Below, piece after piece: positions 8,401-13,514 of a DNA stretch of 13,514 nucleotides (position 1 is the stretch's first letter; every line of letters begins with the position of its first letter). The DNA is from Candidatus Thorarchaeota archaeon. GTDB taxonomy: Archaea > Asgardarchaeota > Thorarchaeia > Thorarchaeales > Thorarchaeaceae. Position numbers and translations under genes: made by a program. The stretch covers positions 1 through 13,514 of the forward strand of contig JAEOUG010000119.1 of the NCBI GenBank assembly GCA_016839445.1, given 5' to 3'. The notes below the pieces were generated by a model. That model ran no database searches. It was given only the letters and a program-made list of their open reading frames with translations, and was not told the origin of the DNA.

Positions 8401-8741
8401 TCCTGAACGACATCTACAACCAGAGCTGGATTCCCCTCAATCCCGGTGACACTGAGGAGAGGGCAGTTGATGGCCTTATCCCCGGCTCGAGGTACGCATT
8501 TGCGATTCGCGCGGTCGATGAGCAGGGTAATGAGGGACCGCTCTCCAATGTCCTAACGTTCTCCACCTCAGGAGGTGGGGGAGGGGGCTTGATAACCCCG
8601 GCTAATGTGGCCGCATGGAGTGTTTCTGCAGTCTCTCTAGCAGTTATCGCAGTGTTCACAAGGAAATCATACAGAGCTCTAAGACGAGAACAAGAGCCCG
8701 AGGACGAATCTGATGTCCCAGACCTTGAGGACCTGCTTTAG
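5490..8741 (+). CDS. Secreted, C-terminally anchored protein: two FG-GAP/VCBS-like (PQQ-like) beta-propellers, Asp-rich TSP3-like Ca-binding motifs, FN3-like domain, TM helix, acidic tail
   Basis: N-terminal hydrophobic signal (GVILVAILLLLNL); ~16 repeats of aDlDgDG..Eiv......v.ClD..G...W; DGDSDLLTD and DHDGDTLTT motifs; PPGEIDDL...ISWTA...DGLIPGSRYAFAIRAVDEQGNEGPLSN (FN3); TM near 8604-8657. GGAGG 5484-5488 better fits GTG 5496 as the start. Confidence 0.9.
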   Translation: MSVRTSGNIHWKGVILVAILLLLNLGPVPSVQPGASPDDLSPRNSSEDVITPAAEPIQIWETALEGLLPCAISAADLTGDGKLEMVLRTDDGVHCIDSLGQIVWSYDMQSYIEEMTFPIADFNRDNLLEVLVTDVSRDEIVILDGQGNVVSSTHFTQVWANAPCVLDVNGDSWLEAIVATGQQFTCMDSRGWLRWATEIDVGPFESEITSNICAADLDHDGSAEIIATVDSGHLVCLDSATGDLVWYRAVTGVSSISAITVADIEGNDNLEILVSTLERYVYCIDSDGLISWYYRPPLALIAQPCVVDIDNSGDQEVLLSGSGGGVYCLSSSGALEWAFSTSADLGSPSVLDVDGNGYLECIVPGTRSYVLSHLGGAKWTIDFGARGSPCVADIDLDGRTELVICDEDTVRCYRISETPQNPGAYPWTPKTAQAEIRRRGVYSDGDSDLLTDNHERLSGSFPDSSDSDMDSVDDFSEFATSGCPRGGGILSTPLGILDWDSGGGDDADACIADIGGDGLQELVMRSDRGRITVTDRRFIEEWEYDLLMQDIGPICVFDAEGDGHLETVFGRETGWITCLDHSGVLSWHIFVGGRSIYMPCVVDLQGDGLMEIVCVTSLGGVVCIDGEGELLWSDSIGHEPTEPVAADIDLDGDIEILVGSEDGGIFCFSDSGELEWSRTNEDTSVRLSITEELGGDFRIMAGTSSGQIWYMDNTGTPLWTFEGDIPCCAPCAIDLNRDEAAELCFSSGSKIWCLDSSGIPIWNFTADSSVGPTVTILDVDCDDTMEVLFGTSGGFVYCLDDVGSLEWIFRTSGGVCSLTAGDTDGNGISDILAGTSTGSYHTFIVSGVRPEERTYAWPPMNSRGNGWRSGWFDDHDGDTLTTGFELCAGSNHTSMDGDTDSIDDKNEYLQLTNPMRDDVPPGEIDDLSLASVNGTVATISWTATGENQLLGRATSYVVVFALVPEVLANVFLNDIYNQSWIPLNPGDTEERAVDGLIPGSRYAFAIRAVDEQGNEGPLSNVLTFSTSGGGGGGLITPANVAAWSVSAVSLAVIAVFTRKSYRALRREQEPEDESDVPDLEDLL

Positions 8742-8748
8742 TGATGCC

Positions 8749-9027
8749 CTACTCCAGCATGGGCTTCTTCTCTTGAATGCGCAGGCTTGTATGCCCAACG
8801 AATCTCATGTAGGTAATCTGGAAGAGAGCAAAGGCGAAGCCTCCAATGGTTCCAGCAATCAGCGCCGTGAAGGGGTCAAAGGGAAGGTACCCCATGGCGG
8901 ACAGAATCACGGAAGCAGCAGACGTCGTGACTATGGATAATCCGAGATAGAGTCCAAGGGCCTTACGACGCTTCCGCGGAAGATCAGGATCAGGCTCGCT
9001 CATAACCATGTCAGTTCCAGACTTCAT
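8749..9027 (-). CDS. Small hypothetical 2-TM membrane protein
   Basis: 92 aa, basic RKRRK followed by two hydrophobic helices; fills the gap between flanking genes. Start may be 9009 or 9003. Confidence 0.65.
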   Translation of the reverse strand: MKSGTDMVMSEPDPDLPRKRRKALGLYLGLSIVTTSAASVILSAMGYLPFDPFTALIAGTIGGFAFALFQITYMRFVGHTSLRIQEKKPMLE

Positions 9028-9072
9028 AATGGGCTCTGAGTATTAATGGTTCTATCACAGCAGCCCTTTCCC

Positions 9073-10137
9073 TTATTCCCGCAGCCGCCGCACCAAGACA
9101 ACAGCCTCACCCAGTGCCAGCACACCAAGAATCATCGAGAGTCCAATGAGGCCAAGGTTCAGAATCGCGGCGGATTGGGAACCAGGACCTCCTTCTAGGG
9201 CTGCCGTCAATGCTCCAAGATTGTGGGTCATTATTGCAGTATAGTCCGATAGACCTGAGAAGAAGACTGCTCTCCACCAGACGAGAGTGCCACCGTAATC
9301 ATCAACCAGCTGGTACGCAAACTCCCCGGCTGTTTGCAGTCTGGCAACGTCCGAACCAAGGATGAGAGAGATGGACCCGTTGAGAAAGGCATTCTGAACA
9401 TCGATGAGTTCGTCACCGGAGATTGTCTGGCCCTCGTTGATCAGAACCGCCTCGACGCCAATGCCGAAGGCTTCAGCCACGTAGGCCTCGGCCGGGAACA
9501 CGACAACAGCATTCATGGAGGAGAAGTGGTACTCATCATCAGCCTCCAGAATCAGCTCCTGCAGGTCATCGAGCTGGTTCAGGAAGTGCCCGAAATTGCT
9601 GTTCCACACGTCAGATAGCGCAGCATTCAGGGTTGTCAGGGCCGCGCGAGTTGCGTTGGCAATGGCAACGGCGTTCGAGGGTAGAAGCCACCACGCGTGT
9701 GGATTCCCATCATGGTCGTGGTCCTGAGCAGTCGTGTGGGTGTCTTCGCCTGGGAAGGGTGACAGCTCTGCGCCGTAATCCTCGTAGTTCTCAAGTGCTC
9801 CGGGGTCGTGGAGTGTGATGAAAGGAGTTGCGGTCTGGTTCGCGAGGGCTTCTTCCCAGTCGAAGTGCCCAGTGAAGACCAGAAGATCCGCACTCTCTGC
9901 AATCGCAATCACTTGAGGAGTCACGGTGAAAGAGTGAGGCTCGAATCCCTCAGAGAGGAGGATAGAGGTCTCGACATAGGCCCCACCAACTTCCGAGACA
10001 ATCCCCGACAACGGAGCAACTGAAGTCGCCAACAGGAATGAAGGCGACGTCTGACCTTCAACACGGGTCGTTGCTCCTGACAGCAAGAGTGGTAGCAGGA
10101 AGGCCACGAGAACAAGGGCCGAACGACGGTTCCTCAT
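9073..10137 (-). CDS. Metal ABC transporter substrate-binding protein, ZnuA/TroA (cluster A-I) family, with C-terminal TM anchor
   Basis: Signal peptide MRNRRSALVLVAFLL, GFEPHSFTVTP, ADLLVFTG, His-rich loop HTTAQDHDHDG, NPHAWW, DY.AIM.HNL, C-terminal hydrophobic helix. ATG at 10137 preferred over 10149. Confidence 0.9.
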   Translation of the reverse strand: MRNRRSALVLVAFLLPLLLSGATTRVEGQTSPSFLLATSVAPLSGIVSEVGGAYVETSILLSEGFEPHSFTVTPQVIAIAESADLLVFTGHFDWEEALANQTATPFITLHDPGALENYEDYGAELSPFPGEDTHTTAQDHDHDGNPHAWWLLPSNAVAIANATRAALTTLNAALSDVWNSNFGHFLNQLDDLQELILEADDEYHFSSMNAVVVFPAEAYVAEAFGIGVEAVLINEGQTISGDELIDVQNAFLNGSISLILGSDVARLQTAGEFAYQLVDDYGGTLVWWRAVFFSGLSDYTAIMTHNLGALTAALEGGPGSQSAAILNLGLIGLSMILGVLALGEAVVLVRRLRE

Positions 10138-10139
10138 GA

Positions 10140-10167
10140 TTATTAACATTCATAGGGATGTTAATAA
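10140..10167. promoter_or_regulatory. Palindromic operator in divergent promoter, candidate NikR site
   Basis: Perfect 10-bp inverted repeat TTATTAACAT-N8-ATGTTAATAA; the right arm is also TATA-like on both strands. Confidence 0.85.
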
Positions 10168-10201
10168 GTACAGAGGTCCAACCCTACTCGGATGTGTCGT
10201 A

Positions 10202-10597
10202 ATGCCGGTTGTAGCCGTTTCGATGCAGGACAATGATCTAGGAGAACTGGAGCGCCTCAAATACGAGGGAGGTTTCTCCAACAGGTCGGAAGTAGTCCGC
10301 CATGCACTTCAGCTCCTCCTCGCAGAGCATCGATCGCTGGAAGACATCAGAGGAGAGATGACTGCTGTTCTAACAGTGAGCTTCGCAGAAGACGGAAAGG
10401 ACCGGAGCTGCAGTCGTGTCCAACACGACTACAATCATCTGATATCAGCCATGATGCATGCACACACCATAGGAGGGGGCTGCATCGAGGTCTTGGTCAC
10501 GAGAGGCGATGCTGATGATGTGCGTGCCTTTCTGAGAAAGCTGCGCTCGCAGAAGAGGGTGGAGAGGGTGAGAGTAGAACTATTCGGAGAGGATTGA
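10202..10597 (+). CDS. nikR: NikR-family metal-responsive regulator (RHH plus ACT-like metal-binding domain)
   Basis: MPVVAVSM...GFSNRSEVVRHAL ribbon-helix-helix; QH...HAH.....CIE matches the NikR His76/His87/His89/Cys95 ligand pattern. Confidence 0.88.
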   Translation: MPVVAVSMQDNDLGELERLKYEGGFSNRSEVVRHALQLLLAEHRSLEDIRGEMTAVLTVSFAEDGKDRSCSRVQHDYNHLISAMMHAHTIGGGCIEVLVTRGDADDVRAFLRKLRSQKRVERVRVELFGED

Positions 10598-10598
10598 C

Positions 10599-11393
10599 AT
10601 GAACCTTCTAGAAGCAGAAGATCTTGCAGTAAGATACCCGAACGGGACATGGGCTCTGCACAATGTAACATTCAGCATCGAGGCCCCCAGCTTCACCGCA
10701 GTAATCGGCCCCAACGGATCAGGGAAGAGCACGCTCCTGCGGACCCTGCTCGGGCTAATCGAGCCTGCAAGGGGACACAGTGGTCTGATGGGGTATGACT
10801 CGGTTCGCCAGAAGTCCAAGATTCGCAAACTGGTCCGGTATGTCCCTCAGAGGGAGGGGATTGCAGCCAACATCCCTCTGAAGGCCATGGATATTGTGCT
10901 GATGGGTCGACTCCTGAAGAAGGCACCTCCAAGAATTGCCTCGTCCAAGGACAGGGACTTGGCCCTGGACGCACTGAAGCAAGTGGATATGCTTGATTTG
11001 AAAGACAGGTCCTTCTCCGAACTCTCGGGCGGCCAGAAGCAGAGGGTCTTGGTTGCTCGAGCTCTTGCAGGAGAGGGACCCGTCTTGATGCTTGACGAGC
11101 CGCTGGCAGGCACTGATGCTCACAGCCAGGACCTGATAGTTGAGGTTCTCGGGAAGTACCACAATGAGCACGATGTCAGCATCATTATGGTTACCCATGA
11201 CCTCAATCCAATACACACCTATGTCGAGGACGTTCTCTTGCTGAAGAACACACTCGTTGGTATCGGCACACCGTGTGATGTGATGGACATTGAGATGCTG
11301 AAGAGAGTCTACGGACCCTCAGCAAGGATAGTGGAGTACGCAGGTCACAGATACTGCATAACAAGAGATTCAGGATTTGATCGCCATGATTGA
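10599..11393 (+). CDS. Metal ABC transporter ATP-binding protein, ZnuC/MntA family
   Basis: Walker A GPNGSGKST, YVPQ Q-loop, LSGGQKQRV signature, LMLDEP Walker B, VTHD switch. Confidence 0.95.
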   Translation: MNLLEAEDLAVRYPNGTWALHNVTFSIEAPSFTAVIGPNGSGKSTLLRTLLGLIEPARGHSGLMGYDSVRQKSKIRKLVRYVPQREGIAANIPLKAMDIVLMGRLLKKAPPRIASSKDRDLALDALKQVDMLDLKDRSFSELSGGQKQRVLVARALAGEGPVLMLDEPLAGTDAHSQDLIVEVLGKYHNEHDVSIIMVTHDLNPIHTYVEDVLLLKNTLVGIGTPCDVMDIEMLKRVYGPSARIVEYAGHRYCITRDSGFDRHD

Positions 11394-12315
11394 CATCATC
11401 ACATTCATCTTGCAGACTCCGTTTCTCCAGAGAGCGATAATCGGAGCTATTCTTATTGCGGCAGTCGCTGCGACAAGCGGTACATTCCTTGTTTACCGAG
11501 GTCTCTCCTTCATGACCTCTGGGGTGGCCCACGCAGCCCTAGGTGGCGCAGCGCTAGGTCTCTTCTTGGAGGACAGCGGTATCGCCCCTTGGTTCGACCC
11601 TGTGCTAGGAGCACTTCTCTTTGCAGTTCTAGTCGCCATCATCACAGGATACGCGGGGGAGAGTGGAATGGCAGAGAAGATGGAAGTGGCGGTCGGGGTC
11701 TCGTTTGCGCTCTCTATGAGCTTGGCAGTCTTCCTGATGTACTACATTCCACCTGCGGACACTCTGATCATCTGGGGATACCTAGTTGGAGACCTTCTAC
11801 TCCTAACAACCTCCAACATCGTCACTCTGGGTCTTGTGACGCTAGTCTTGTTGATTGTCTCGATCATCTTTGGAAAGGAGTTCATCTACGTCAGCGTGGA
11901 TATGGAGGGGTCAATGGCTCACGGTATGAACGCACGGGCGTACCATTACCTCATGTTGATCACAGCGGCCTTGGCAATCACGCTGGCTACAAAGGCAGTA
12001 GGAGCGATTCTGGTGTACGCGATTCTGGTAGCACCGGCCGCAGCCTCAAACGAGTTGCTGAAGTCAGTGAGAGCTGTTGTGATATCCGTCTTCGTCATTG
12101 CACTAGGGACAGAGCTTGTTGGCATCGCCACTTCGTTCGTAATCCGCGTATCGCCCAGTGCAGTTGCGGGTGTTCTCGCGGCTCTATCGTATGTAGTGGC
12201 GTTGACAATCAAGAGAAGGAGAATGATGGTTGACGAGGATACAATCCCCGATGCAGAACCTCCTCTCGTGGGTCAAACGATCAGGGAAAGCCAGCATGAC
12301 CACCACGACCACTGA
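11386..12315 (+). CDS. Metal ABC transporter permease, ZnuB/ABC-3 family, His-rich C-terminus
   Basis: FLQRA, GTFLVYRGLSFM..GVAHAALGG, YLVGDLL, KAVGAILV.A.LVAPAAA; overlaps the ATPase stop; ends QHDHHDH. Confidence 0.95.
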   Translation: MIDIITFILQTPFLQRAIIGAILIAAVAATSGTFLVYRGLSFMTSGVAHAALGGAALGLFLEDSGIAPWFDPVLGALLFAVLVAIITGYAGESGMAEKMEVAVGVSFALSMSLAVFLMYYIPPADTLIIWGYLVGDLLLLTTSNIVTLGLVTLVLLIVSIIFGKEFIYVSVDMEGSMAHGMNARAYHYLMLITAALAITLATKAVGAILVYAILVAPAAASNELLKSVRAVVISVFVIALGTELVGIATSFVIRVSPSAVAGVLAALSYVVALTIKRRRMMVDEDTIPDAEPPLVGQTIRESQHDHHDH

Positions 12316-12375
12316 TGGGCATCACTCTTTTATGGAAATGACGAACCGGCGTATCAAAATTGACGAGGTCTCAAG

Positions 12376-13514
12376 ATGGTGAAGGACTCGAGGATTTCAG
12401 GATTCTACAAGCTCCCCAGAGAGGAGCGCGTTCGCAAGCTTATGGAAGTGACAGGTCTTGACGAAGAAACCCTTGGCCCCCTTGCCGAACCGGGCAAAGT
12501 AGACCTCGAGGTTCTCGATCACATGATAGAGAACGTCGTGGGATCAATGACGCTCCCTCTTGGCATAGCGACGAACTTCCTAGTCAACGGGAAGGACTAT
12601 CTCGTCCCCATGGCCATTGAGGAACCCTCGGTTGTGGCTGCCGCAAGCAACGCAGCAAGGATGGCCAGAGACCTCGGAGGATTCACTGCAACAGACACTG
12701 GTCCTGTCATGATAGCACAGATACAGCTTGTCGAAGTCACAGACCCCTCTGCAGCAAAGGACAGGATTATGGAGTCGAAGGACGGACTCGTGGCCTTCGC
12801 TAACGAGCAAGATCCTATTCTTGTCAGATTTGGCGGAGGAGCCAAGGATCTGAGAGTCCGACTCATAGACTCGAAGGTTGGACCCATGGTCATCACTGAA
12901 CTGCTTGTCGACTGCCGCGATGCGATGGGAGCTAACGCAGTCAATACGATGGCTGAGGCGTTGGCACCAAGAATAGAGAGGATTACAGGAGGGAGAGTCA
13001 TCCTTCGAATCCTATCTAACCTCGCAGAGTTCAGACTGACGAGAGTCCATGCTACGTTTGACAAGGAAATGCTCGGCGGCGAAGAGGTAGTCAATGACAT
13101 AGTCGCCGCTTGGGCCTTCGCAGAGGCAGACCCCTACCGTTGTGCTACTCACAACAAGGGCATCATGAACGGAATCGATGCAGTGGTCATCGCCACAGGC
13201 AATGACTTCCGAGCCATAGAGGCAGGGGCGCACAGCTATGCTGCCGTGGGTGGGTACAGCTCTCTGACCAAGTACGAGAAGGATGGCAACGGAAACCTTC
13301 ACGGCTCGATTGAAGTGCCGATGGCGGTTGGTCTGGTCGGCGGAGCAACCAAGGTTCATCCTGTAGCACGAGCATGCGTGAAGATTCTTGGTGTTGAGAC
13401 TGCAGCAGAGCTAGGTCACGTAATAGCTAGTGTTGGCCTTGCGCAGAATATGGCCGCGTTGCGCGCGCTGGCCTCAGAAGGCATCCAGAAGGGCCACATG
13501 GCCTTACATGCGCG
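12376..13514 (+). CDS. mvaA: Hydroxymethylglutaryl-CoA reductase, class II (bacterial/degradative-type), 3'-partial
   Basis: Manual translation from ATG 12376 (GAGGT upstream): SRISGFYKL, MIENVVG, VPMAIEEPSVVAAAS, DAMGANAVNT, ATHNKGIMNG, GNDFRAIEAGAH, GLAQNMAALRALASEGIQKGHMALHA. No stop in the window, hence absent from the ORF track. Confidence 0.96.
   Translation, partial: MVKDSRISGFYKLPREERVRKLMEVTGLDEETLGPLAEPGKVDLEVLDHMIENVVGSMTLPLGIATNFLVNGKDYLVPMAIEEPSVVAAASNAARMARDLGGFTATDTGPVMIAQIQLVEVTDPSAAKDRIMESKDGLVAFANEQDPILVRFGGGAKDLRVRLIDSKVGPMVITELLVDCRDAMGANAVNTMAEALAPRIERITGGRVILRILSNLAEFRLTRVHATFDKEMLGGEEVVNDIVAAWAFAEADPYRCATHNKGIMNGIDAVVIATGNDFRAIEAGAHSYAAVGGYSSLTKYEKDGNGNLHGSIEVPMAVGLVGGATKVHPVARACVKILGVETAAELGHVIASVGLAQNMAALRALASEGIQKGHMALHA

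Noticed and set aside
10136-10201. Longer starts for nikR (10136) and the binding protein (10149)
   Set aside because: They would overlap each other and run through the operator palindrome; domain boundaries fit 10202 and 10137.
11589-13375. Alternative-frame and antisense ORFs (e.g. 11589-12233 +, 12597-13100 -, 13012-13359 -), and similar ones over glyS and the propeller gene
   Set aside because: They are shadow ORFs lying within confidently identified genes and show no recognisable motifs.

Overview
Archaeal window. An Asgard/Thorarchaeia-like origin is inferred from gene content and GGAGG/GAGGTG and TATA-type signals but is not verified. The left ~3.8 kb is an accessory region. It holds a tandem array built on a recurring coding DNA repeat (1-149, 1420-1628, 2986-3063). 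The first two copies each continue in frame into a highly diverged multi-TM C-terminal domain and are followed by a small 3-TM partner gene with its own RBS. The third copy is truncated and followed by an AbrB/VapC toxin-antitoxin pair. This resembles a polymorphic effector/immunity or self/non-self cassette array, and I do not recognise the family. The rest of the window holds glycyl-tRNA synthetase, a 1083-aa membrane-anchored protein with two FG-GAP/VCBS-like propellers, and a small membrane protein. It also holds a divergent NikR plus ZnuABC-family metal transporter locus with a clear operator palindrome, and a class II HMG-CoA reductase running off the right edge that the ORF track missed.
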